From Thermoplasmata archaeon (GTDB lineage Archaea; Thermoplasmatota; E2; DHVEG-1), in NCBI GenBank assembly GCA_020054495.1, contig JAHWGK010000009.1, positions 5,314-69,313 of the forward strand: a stretch of 64,000 nucleotides of DNA, given 5' to 3'. Within the stretch, counting starts at the first letter, position 1, and each line of letters begins with the position of its first letter. The translations under genes were made by a program, and so were the position numbers. The notes beneath the pieces are model-generated. The model saw nothing but the letters and a program-made list of their open reading frames with translations, was not told where the DNA came from and did no database searches. Positions 26,201 to 31,830 of this stretch are shown here, piece after piece.

Positions 26201-28675
26201 AACATCAGATTCGTAACCAATACCGCTAGCGCCTATTACTTTTGCAACAATTAGTTCTGCATCAGGTGCAATACTCTTTATAATGGAAGCAACTTTAGTA
26301 CCATGCCCATATTCATCATCTGGAATATCATCATCATGAACAAAATCATAGCCATAGCTATAATTAACAATTGAAGAATCAACGCCTGTATCAATAATGC
26401 ATATTTTTTTACCCACTCCTGTAACATTAAACTCATTGATAGCCTCAGTGTATCTTATAATGGGTAAGCTATGTTCTAATAAAGTTGTATAGTTTTTATC
26501 AGGAAAAATTTCTGAAATGTCATTGTTAAACTTAATCGTATCATAAACTGATTTATTTATTACTCCTGAAATATATCCTTTTGATGATATCTCTGATTTT
26601 TTAATAAAACCGTCCTCTTCTAGTTCGGATACTTTTTTTGTAAAATTTTTCTTATCTTTATATTTAATAATTACTTGAACATTATCAATTTGCGATATTT
26701 CTTCAGCCACTTCCGACGGTAAACTTAATGGTTTATTAAAATAAATTTCATCTTTCCGCCAATTTTCAAAATACGATTGGTTATTAACTTTATTTTTCAA
26801 ATTTATAAATAAATTATCTAATACTGATTTGTTAACAAGGCCACTAAAATTTTTATAAGTATATCCATTTTCATTATCAGATATTAGAAACAAAGATGGA
26901 TATGAATCAATACCATAATTAGTAAATAATGAAGGATTTTGATTTTTATTTATATAAATTATTTCCAATTCGTTACTATATTTTTTATTTACATCAATCA
27001 ATATATCATCTTGAATTTTACAAATATCGCAATTGTCAGTAAAAAAATACAACAATACTGATTTTCCCAGATTTAAATTATTTTCAATATCTAACTCAAT
27101 ATTTCTTACATCTGAAATTGAAATTATGGAAAAACCTTCATTCTTGCATACTGTAATATTATCAATAAGAATTTTAATATCTGAAAATCCATAACTTGAA
27201 AGAAATTCAAAAGCTCTTATTTTATTAAGGTAGTTTTCGCCATAAATGATTACATTATTATCCTTATAATCTTCAAGCCTACTTAATAAACAAGGGCTAC
27301 AATTAAAATCTAATAATGGAATTGAAATCGAATCATAAATGTAATTAGAACTGTAATCCTCTTCACTTCTAATATCAAAAATTATTGCATTTTTGTTTGA
27401 ATTTACCATATCTTTGGCCTGTTGAGCAGTGATACCATATGGATTTTCATCTAAATCTTTGCTTTTTAGAGCATCTATTATAAACTCCAATATTGAAAAA
27501 GGATTGTTCCAGTTTGTTGAACCATATGAATTGTTCCAATGAGTAGTACTTTCATAGTCATATGTCCCATCAGAGGATATAACAAGATAACTGATTTTTC
27601 CATCAGAATAATGATTTTGTAACACTGTTTCAAAATCTATTTTAATTGTCTCTAAATCTTTAGTAATGAATGGCTTTGAATAAGCAATATAATCAAGGTT
27701 TTGTATTTTTTCGGGAAGTTTGATACGTATATTTTCAATTCTTTTTTCAATAGCTGAATTTGGTTTATTTTTATGATAGAATCCTTCAAATATAGATTCA
27801 AGATTTACAGATATATCCTTAATTTTTACTCCAAAAGAAAATAAAGTAATAAAGGTCAATTCCGTCTCTTTTTTTACAGAAATAGTTCTTTCAGCTGAAA
27901 ATTTATTTCCAGGAATAATTACTCGTTTTTCTTCTCTTTTATCAACAATTTTAATAGAAGTATCATCCTCAATTGTTTTCAATGGAGGGTCCTTTGCCCA
28001 CCCTTCAAGTGTAATACTATTTGTAATATTTAGACTGCTTGCATCATTAACAGTTATATTGTCGCTTCCATCAAAATCATATCCTCCATCTATTTTACTT
28101 GAAGTATTAGCTGTTGCGCCATTGTTAGTTCCATCGTTATCGTTTGATGTAGAATCAAATATTGAAGTTTGGTTCAAATGTTGAACCATTTTAAAGTTAG
28201 AATCCCATGTTTCAGAAATATTTTGTTGATTAGTGCAAGTTGGATTTCCATAATACATATATAAAATTGTATCTAAGGTTGATGAAAGACTTGAAACCTT
28301 TACCCATGCAGTGAGTTCACCCGTGCTACTATTATATTCTTCAATTTCGTGCTTGTATTGCGTTGTGTTGTAATGGTCTACAAATGCTATGTCACCACCA
28401 TCAGATTGTGCATTTGTAGCGAGATCAACATCTGCACTTTCGTAAATTAAAACCGGGAAATTTGTCTGATCAGAACCTACCTTAGTATGATCAATTGTAA
28501 TCTTCTTGCAATAAGACCAATTACAATTCCACCAGTCTGCACCTGATGAAACACTGAAAGAGTAGCCTGGTTTCGTTGTCATATATTGAGTTCCATATAA
28601 AAGAGTAGAGTTTATCCCACCAAATATGATAAGAACAACACATGCAGCAGCGATAAAAGCTAGTTTCTTTCTCAT
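17279..28675 (-). CDS. Giant 3,798-aa secreted/anchored multidomain surface protein (DUF2341, split LamG, rhodanese-like, thioredoxin-like, I9-like propeptide + S8 subtilase, beta-rich region, FN3-like modules, second DUF2341-LamG, C-terminal domain)
   Basis: The ORF track starts at 28774, but ATG 28675 has SD GGAGGG 5 nt upstream and opens a signal anchor MRKKLAFIAAACVVLIIFGG. Catalytic triad contexts CIIDTGVD / HGTKVAS / GTSFSAPH. Very dense N-x-S/T sequons. Confidence 0.9.
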   Translation of the reverse strand: MRKKLAFIAAACVVLIIFGGINSTLLYGTQYMTTKPGYSFSVSSGADWWNCNWSYCKKITIDHTKVGSDQTNFPVLIYESADVDLATNAQSDGGDIAFVDHYNTTQYKHEIEEYNSSTGELTAWVKVSSLSSTLDTILYMYYGNPTCTNQQNISETWDSNFKMVQHLNQTSIFDSTSNDNDGTNNGATANTSSKIDGGYDFDGSDNITVNDASSLNITNSITLEGWAKDPPLKTIEDDTSIKIVDKREEKRVIIPGNKFSAERTISVKKETELTFITLFSFGVKIKDISVNLESIFEGFYHKNKPNSAIEKRIENIRIKLPEKIQNLDYIAYSKPFITKDLETIKIDFETVLQNHYSDGKISYLVISSDGTYDYESTTHWNNSYGSTNWNNPFSILEFIIDALKSKDLDENPYGITAQQAKDMVNSNKNAIIFDIRSEEDYSSNYIYDSISIPLLDFNCSPCLLSRLEDYKDNNVIIYGENYLNKIRAFEFLSSYGFSDIKILIDNITVCKNEGFSIISISDVRNIELDIENNLNLGKSVLLYFFTDNCDICKIQDDILIDVNKKYSNELEIIYINKNQNPSLFTNYGIDSYPSLFLISDNENGYTYKNFSGLVNKSVLDNLFINLKNKVNNQSYFENWRKDEIYFNKPLSLPSEVAEEISQIDNVQVIIKYKDKKNFTKKVSELEEDGFIKKSEISSKGYISGVINKSVYDTIKFNNDISEIFPDKNYTTLLEHSLPIIRYTEAINEFNVTGVGKKICIIDTGVDSSIVNYSYGYDFVHDDDIPDDEYGHGTKVASIIKSIAPDAELIVAKVIGASGIGYESDVLEAIEWCIEQNPDVISFSIGSQGGCDGFCDGDFVAEMSNDAVDQGIFVVAAAGNDGDTYLKSPSCGSKVFSVSATGSSDNVASFSNVNPTLDMFAPGVKIKTPTGIGRGTSFSAPHVSAAALLVLEQNDLDPNELSYRLKSTGKPINHIYYDENFSINYPRLDIYNAIINNKTLEPFDYSGWQQGVFTEGKDYYALDTAGYELDCNYDSFVSEYYNGYNYGTCTYMYVDPKHGILGSQQQINRMFIDVSSSGIPSYLTNARIDDADLNVYYYGYSGSSPASRTHNCYIVSAVPSQWVEGARCAATAQGSELDWDNQNSATTYTDGRVLGSTYEYKDWDVTSNFQSRVLQTTTYGWMIRDSSETGSTSYAAKYYSNDYSSGSKTPYVELDYQAAAEYISGAANLFAGKKSTTIITEHIDGGCSGTGCSYVDDCRLRISAGLSSFTLNYNVDTNAFTIYAGSSYVSITGCSVTETAITGGYRLTWQFIPDWDFLADDFDYDVVAWTDDELGYTCGYITYEAGSYTFENDIEVVSLTLSIDDNYEYGGTAGQINDNDFFNGGYPVTATGTVEYQGSSQTFDSSYDDICSGSTEVQLFYDTDEDGTPDDLGSSYKDNTISSGSFSIPAYTPADDKTLETNADWDVAIQGICSGGSDVTAAGIEVDCTRDDEVPTATTNAQCRPDGYEDEGEIDDDTEIYFTWDTSSDGSGSGIDTHFAEIGDATPDEDAGNDGEDTDTGVEGLNTYYVWARDNVYNYGKADNDTITISISYAPTQSGESPTNESTGVSVTPALYVIVSDEDGDTMNATWWSNSSESWVQFAYNNSISPDTNITQTNSNFSSYNTKYYWSVNVSDGEGEWNNETYHFTTVADTTIPTSSIDTISPYEQTSSPLSITATASDSESGLKNVTLYYRYSSDNFTAETDEIGVIYAEQNTEQTVERRSPQALVTLDSGDFIVGDEYLLVASAHARADDDLSDCVAGLRIRHGGSVFTETHEQQSGPSDENSAWVYFTFINWTAVSEEDIDLYATQDALSVLNVYFDEISLMAIPLDNLTENSDYWYDDDTSVSDDMDDSWSTSGASITFTPDGSSDYLVMGTSRCEIDAVSDDLLMMRLTEDTGAVKTEKTAVERDGESSNDESVLSLIYVLESPAVPSKTYGLDFCGDNVHDKQSSQIFILNLSAFFNYTYNQTSANTEIPHSTWTELGNASGYNPTFNGTVITFWGGRYEHDGSGDPPNDPWAAAIQYQALSVKTGAASTACKQTGANRICSWNNKGNSEGPDIGYAIMFDNNSVLNTNTYNYLLKANGEDGGNAMHDDRGVCIVAFSQHFAGEGWTKWNDASNPDTDPWVAASWNFNFPNGTGYYEFYSIAEDNSSNMELAPSSDDASCYYNPTTVSAPTVTTNASIGIEETNATLRGYLQNNGSADTTCGFRFGTSSGTYSENFSVGTIANNTEFGNNNESLSQGQIYFYQAWASNSEGFANGSEMTFLTKPNVPSSFISQRNSTSMIYLSWTGGTGYNTTYIERNASDVTVWARGDGTEIYNGSGTNYEDTGLLEGLRYYYQAWTFANWTYNPTIHQWSDENSSTNQTTNNEPTQSGESPTNESLNICPIPALYVICTDNDGDTMNATWRSNISGAWVDFASNNSIANNTNITQTNSNFSNPGTTYYWSINLTDGEGGWSNETYHFTTNSEPTQSGESPVNQSTGITTTPALYVICTDADSDTMTATWRSNSSETWVDFATNTSISTGTNITQTNTNFSDPGVTYHWSINLTDGCNWTNATYHFTTGAGSPTVTTNAATGVEETNATLNGLLNDDGNGTTTCGFWLDTTSGGTSTNITVGTVSEGNAFSNNSSDLIPGQLYYFTAWANNSGGFSTGIELTFLTKPNATVSGTLNIQTNSSSVIYLTWTAGDGANTTYIERNQSGVTSWDRGEGIEVYNDSGSNYEDAGLTAGVIYYYQAWSYATWTYNPTLDEWSDDNESGSNTTNNKPILSNENPSNESTGVSLNPTLEIQVNHSDSLQMDITWYWGADSSCPNLVGTNYSKTNGTYSQADVDSNFSSNSQTYYWKVCVNDSQGEWTNATYHFTTIGANKEIISKGQNAYSLEMNPGGTTVYGYINSNSATCSIDTNWHYVVLTYDGSTIRLYRDGDEVDDTSYSSSINTNNNDLKIGEYLTGTLDELRISNTARSADWINTTYYNTNSPTTFATFGSQEGILKTWSYRKQIWINASMIDEDLTNFPVLISTTDDDLKNNAHSSGNDIMFMITTVDWMNGSYTDKLAHEIEKYDNSNGELVAWVNVTSLSSSTNTTIYMYYGNTVCTANREDVTNVWDSNFVGIWHLHDAPSNGQNHNDSTSNDHDLTLHDTDSDSDTDATGIANGADDLEGDADYMDENHHSDFNLSSFSLECWVTLDDKSDHHFMINKQIDDSTDRNFALYSNTTDGIAVVTFSNSGGGTETANGNTDLTSTGWHYVVGINDGSNLRLYVNSSSEGTADAVASNPSTQSVPLMIGRENNSADPEYWDGKIDEVRISKIARNTSWINATYNTTSSPSLFIAFGGQEIQNVAPTQSSPSPSDGATGQGITPTLSIQVNDTNIDAMNVTFYTNVTGSWGLIGYNDSVYNGTYSQTNESMDSPNTKYWWSVNVTDYTAWANRTYNFTTTPPQTLTIRPINTGQSEQLANGPLGVPDNPNWQSVDEETHNGDTDFVYTDDQATYINDTYILQPHTTETGDINNVTIYLVGTKYGTGGGPPVDNDMKPAMYNGGARDFYDSDTSVTLTTSYVTYSWNHDTNPFTSSNWTWTEIDQLQVGVALIGRDYQYSNCTQVYVEVNYTPSASPFLYLFRDKEFRKLSDFIPGAIALDNKYTQLIDITRKIDIIDGKVMLKITEELDETTYLDHIYLRINDGQIVELDNIKTQLSISKPLTEESFTSLINRQLLRYSDDHYLILKEGDEYYLEFTLPKTYDKIEFVAEGYYIEHYKA
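18243..23900 (-). repeat. Repeated ~95-aa (E/A)PTQSGESP...YHFTT modules (5 copies) and a duplicated ~290-aa FN3-like pair
   Basis: Module copies at about 23608-23900, 21152-21445, 20856-21150, 19955-20260 and 18243-18532. The PTVTTNA..EETNATL..TTCGF + FLTKPN.. pair occurs at about 21450-22030 and about 20262-20848. Confidence 0.75.
18550..19560 (-). other. Intact second DUF2341 + LamG module of the giant protein
   Basis: WSYRKQIWINASMIDEDLTNFPVLIST...GELVAWVNVTSLSSSTNTTIYMYYGN...WDSNFVGIWHL, then ...FSLECWVTLDD...WHYVVGINDGSNLRLYVNSS...GKIDEVRISKIARNTSWINATYNT. Confidence 0.65.
25740..26720 (-). other. I9-like propeptide (about 26440-26720) + S8 subtilase catalytic domain (about 25740-26425)
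   Basis: VQVIIKYKDKKNFTKKVSELEEDGF... then Asp (IIDTGVD, about 26391), His (HGTKVAS, about 26304), Asn (AAAGNDG), Ser (GTSFSAPHVSAAALL, about 25865). Confidence 0.8.
26800..27080 (-). other. Thioredoxin-like domain with CxxC (CDIC)
   Basis: GKSVLLYFFTDNCDICKIQDDILIDVNKKYSNELEIIYINKNQNPSLFTNYGIDSYPSLFLIS. Confidence 0.6.
27133..27445 (-). other. Rhodanese-homology domain lacking the active-site Cys
   Basis: GITAQQAKDMVNSNKNAIIFDIRSEEDY...NVIIYGENYLNKIRAFEFLSSYGF. The position of the catalytic Cys loop reads YGENYLNK. Confidence 0.55.
28175..28535 (-). other. DUF2341-like domain 1 of the giant protein
   Basis: WWNCNWSYCKKITIDHTKVGSDQTNFPVLIY...GELTAWVKVSSLSSTLDTILYMYYGN...WDSNFKMVQHL. Same pattern as the second copy at about 19210-19560. 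Confidence 0.6.
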
Positions 28676-28676
28676 G

Positions 28677-28850
28677 TTACCCTCCTGAAGAACAATGATT
28701 ATCAATTTTTTTAATCTTGATTTCACCGTTTTTAAGAGGGATGATTTCAACGATATCTCCACGGTTGATATCAAAGGCTTCTACAAGTTGACTAGGAATT
28801 GTTACAACAATACTACTCCCTGATACACGAGTCTTGCGTGTTAGAGGCAT
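28677..28850 (-). CDS. AbrB/SpoVT-type small DNA-binding protein (57 aa), not in the ORF track
   Basis: My translation: MPLTRKTRVSGSSIVVTIPSQLVEAFDINRGDIVEIIPLKNGEIKIKKIDNHCSSGG. This fits the AbrB/MazE swapped-hairpin pattern (S..VtIP..l...l.i..GD.V.i....g.i.i). SD-like AGGATGGG before the ATG. Its TAA stop lies 1 nt before the giant gene ATG. Confidence 0.65.
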   Translation of the reverse strand: MPLTRKTRVSGSSIVVTIPSQLVEAFDINRGDIVEIIPLKNGEIKIKKIDNHCSSGG

Positions 28851-28964
28851 ATGCCCATCCTGTGCTTATGAGCATATATATTGAAATATATATAGTTTGT
28901 GTTTTTTTTGGATATATGTTAACCATTGATTATATATCTCTTTTTTAAAACCATTCTTAGCTTT

Positions 28965-30317
28965 CTAACTAATTCCTAAGTAGGCATCTGTTAATGTATT
29001 TCTTTCAATCGTATTAATTTCGTAAGGCGTAGAGGAAACATATTCTAGTTGATCTAATTTCTGTTTAGAAGCAAGTAAAACACCTTGATAAGAATAAACA
29101 AAAGGGAAAATCTCTTTTAACGAATAATACAATATATCAAGATATCTCTCATTGCTATAATAGCTCCATAATGAAAAAGTTCCATAGTCCGCTAAAGAGT
29201 CACTAATAATATTAAAAGCATCAACGGTATAAAGATTTGAAGAATGGGCAACAGTAGGGTTTTCAATATCTATCAATATTGAATCATAATCTCTATTATT
29301 AGTTCTTAAGTAATGTAACCCATCGTCAATAATCAAATTAACTCTAGGATTTTCTAAAACATCTGTCATAACTCTGTTCGCATTTACGACTTGCTCATTT
29401 ATCTCAACGACCTCCATAGTGGTATTAAACTCTAATGCTTTCTCTAGGGTAAGGCCACATCCTAATCCTATATTTAAAACTTGTAGATTTCCGTGTTCTT
29501 CTAGCGGTTCTAATGCAAAGGCTGCCATCATCCTTTCAGATGTAGATTCAGTCCAATCACAGCAACATTGGGTTCTTCCTTCTATAGACAGACAATTATC
29601 TTTAACTGTAACAAGACCATAAGGGGAGTTAGCATAAAATTGGTACCCTTCTTTAGGCTCGTTATTTAGTGTTTGTGGAGAATCGGTAACCAAACTAGGA
29701 ACACTAAAAGAAAAGACAAGAAAGATACATAAAAAAACTACAGGTAGAATTTTAATTTTTTTTGACAAAATAATAAAGGCAGAAATTATATTTAATATCG
29801 CTCCAAAAATTGTTGCAAATTCCACTCCAAATTGTGGAATTAGTAAAAAACCTGCAACTAGACTCCCAATAATTGCTCCAAAAAGATCAACAGAATAAAC
29901 AAGCCCAATAACATCACGTTTCTCCTTTTTAAACATAGCTCCGGCTAAAGGAAAAATCGCGCCTAAAAATAAGGTAGGAACTAATAATATTGCAAAACTA
30001 GTTAGAAAAGTTCCAAAAGTTGAGAGCTTAGGCAGAATGTCCAATAGATTAGATAAAACAAGTACTGCATAAAGGGCTATCAAAATTTGTAAAACACCAA
30101 ATAATAATTTTTTATCCTTGATCCTGTTTAAAAGATAATAAATTACAAGCGATCCTACACCAAGACCGAATAAAAACACACCCAATACAGTAGCAATAGA
30201 GTAACTGCTTTCCGTGAAATAATAGTATAGCATCTTTGTTGCTACAACTTCATATATAAGTGCCGAAGCAGCACTTAATGCCAATGCAAGCTGTACGCTC
30301 AAATTTATGAATTTCAT
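28965..30317 (-). CDS. Fused polytopic membrane / spermidine-synthase-like (SAM-dependent aminopropyl- or methyltransferase fold) protein
   Basis: N-terminus ALSAASALIYEVVATKMLYYYF...VLGVFLFGLGVGS, typical of fused membrane spermidine-synthase-like proteins. C-terminal VLNIGLGCGLT...VVEINEQVV...IIDDGLHYL...ILIDIENP. Confidence 0.7.
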   Translation of the reverse strand: MKFINLSVQLALALSAASALIYEVVATKMLYYYFTESSYSIATVLGVFLFGLGVGSLVIYYLLNRIKDKKLLFGVLQILIALYAVLVLSNLLDILPKLSTFGTFLTSFAILLVPTLFLGAIFPLAGAMFKKEKRDVIGLVYSVDLFGAIIGSLVAGFLLIPQFGVEFATIFGAILNIISAFIILSKKIKILPVVFLCIFLVFSFSVPSLVTDSPQTLNNEPKEGYQFYANSPYGLVTVKDNCLSIEGRTQCCCDWTESTSERMMAAFALEPLEEHGNLQVLNIGLGCGLTLEKALEFNTTMEVVEINEQVVNANRVMTDVLENPRVNLIIDDGLHYLRTNNRDYDSILIDIENPTVAHSSNLYTVDAFNIISDSLADYGTFSLWSYYSNERYLDILYYSLKEIFPFVYSYQGVLLASKQKLDQLEYVSSTPYEINTIERNTLTDAYLGIS

Positions 30318-30521
30318 CCTTTTAATCCCATGTTGTGTTCATATAAAATTAAAATGCCCCCCTATCTAAAATTACAATGTATAATTTTTTTTTATTCCCT
30401 CCTTTATACAAACAGCCTGTTTGAAATCCTAATAATTTAAGTGTATATAAATTTCTATGTTTGACTAGATTTTATAACATAAATTTAAAAAAGAAAAATC
30501 AAAGATTTTAGTTTATACTTT

Positions 30522-31214
30522 TTATGAATTAGTTGATGCTTTGAAGTGGATAAATATTGTACCAGTTGGTGAACCAGCTGATGCATCACTTTCGATATCT
30601 AGTGATACTTGTATCCAAACAAAATCACTAGTTTCATTAGTGGCATCCCAATCACTCACAGAGTACCTTACATGCGATGTTTCGTCCCATGGGGTTAGTA
30701 TATCTCCACCTCCACTGGCGTTCATATTTGTTGGATCAGCGTCCCCAGCACCAAGTGTCCATACAACATCATCAGCGTCATATAATGCTGCACCGCCCTC
30801 CACAACTTTAATTGGTGTTCCAGCATCTAGACTTACATCTGTATCTCTATCACCATGTAGCCATATATCTATGTATGAAGCATTGACGCCTGATACGTTA
30901 ATATATGTTATGTTAACAGGAAGGACTTCCTCGTTTACAATACCAAAAGTAGCTGTATAGTTTTTTTCAGAATTCGGCATCCAACTTCCTAACTCTATTG
31001 TTGCATATGGTGTAGTAGCGTTGTTGTTAACTCGTAACACTCTTTGATTATCACCTGATGAATTATCAGAACCAATATATCTTATATCAGACTCGCTCGG
31101 GTGAACAATAGAAAATGAATAAGTAACCCTTGTTGTAGCATACTGAGTAGCCATTGTCATACTTAAAACTACGAGCAATACGCCGGTTAGCATTAAGCGC
31201 CTGTCAATTCTCAT
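30522..31214 (-). CDS. Secreted beta-rich protein, paralog A (possible TasA/camelysin-like or DUF1102-like fibre subunit)
   Basis: RR-containing signal anchor MRIDRRLMLTGVLLVVLSMTMA, then TQYATTRVTYSFSI. Further segments are FGIVNEEVLPVNITYINV and a C-terminal GTIFIHFKAST. Confidence 0.4.
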   Translation of the reverse strand: MRIDRRLMLTGVLLVVLSMTMATQYATTRVTYSFSIVHPSESDIRYIGSDNSSGDNQRVLRVNNNATTPYATIELGSWMPNSEKNYTATFGIVNEEVLPVNITYINVSGVNASYIDIWLHGDRDTDVSLDAGTPIKVVEGGAALYDADDVVWTLGAGDADPTNMNASGGGDILTPWDETSHVRYSVSDWDATNETSDFVWIQVSLDIESDASAGSPTGTIFIHFKASTNS

Positions 31215-31281
31215 TTTATCCCATCCTACTCTTTATCCTAATATTCAAAAGAACGAAAAGGTGCTTTAATACGATTATGCG

Positions 31282-31311
31282 CATATGAACATGCAGACAC
31301 ATATACATATG
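31282..31311. promoter_or_regulatory. Pair of CATATG palindromes in the divergent intergenic region (paralog A / wHTH gene)
   Basis: CATATG at 31282-31287 and 31306-31311. The same hexamer is paired upstream of paralog B (32566-32571 within GCATATGC, and 32602-32607). Confidence 0.3.
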
Positions 31312-31379
31312 ATTATTCACAAGGAGAATACCTTATTAAGTGAGGGCAACATTATTTTTTTGGAAAACAAGGCGATGGG

Positions 31380-31718
31380 ATGCAAAACGAGATTGGAATG
31401 GATACTTCTCCAGAGGCTTTAAGACCTCTTGTTGTTCGTTCACTACGTGGAAGTAATGTGAGGAAGAAGATTGCAGAGTATCTTTTTGATATAAAACCTA
31501 GTGGTAGCTATGTTTCTGAGATAGCATATCATGTGGAAACTGCACCTTCTAATGTAATTGGTGCTTTACGTGGGATGGATTCAAGATATAGACCTGATGA
31601 GTCACTTATTAATCTTCATATCGTTGAACAGATAAAGAGCGAGGGTAATACAGATATAAAGTTGTATAGGCTCACAGATTTCGGAAAAGAAATATTAGAG
31701 TCAATAATAACTAGATAA
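31380..31718 (+). CDS. Winged-helix (ArsR/TrmB-like) transcriptional regulator
   Basis: KKIAEYLFDIKPSGSYVSEIAYHVETAPSNVIGALRGM... followed by a wing-like LYRLTDFGKEIL. Confidence 0.6.
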   Translation: MQNEIGMDTSPEALRPLVVRSLRGSNVRKKIAEYLFDIKPSGSYVSEIAYHVETAPSNVIGALRGMDSRYRPDESLINLHIVEQIKSEGNTDIKLYRLTDFGKEILESIITR

Positions 31719-31830
31719 CAAATTGGCTTTTTTCAATCCTTGTAAGGATAAAATAAAAAATAGGTAATAATAGAAAAATTTTAGTCTTTTTTTAAATACA
31801 ATGTAAACTTAAAGTATTTTATTTCTGGTT

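Noticed and set aside
28676-28774. 33-codon N-terminal extension of the giant ORF (MISTVEISLKSSLLKTVKSRLKKLIIIVLQEGN) as given in the ORF track
   Set aside because: It is hydrophilic or odd sequence with no SD. The internal ATG 28675 has a GGAGGG SD and opens a textbook signal anchor. The same DNA, in another frame, encodes a convincing AbrB-like ORF.
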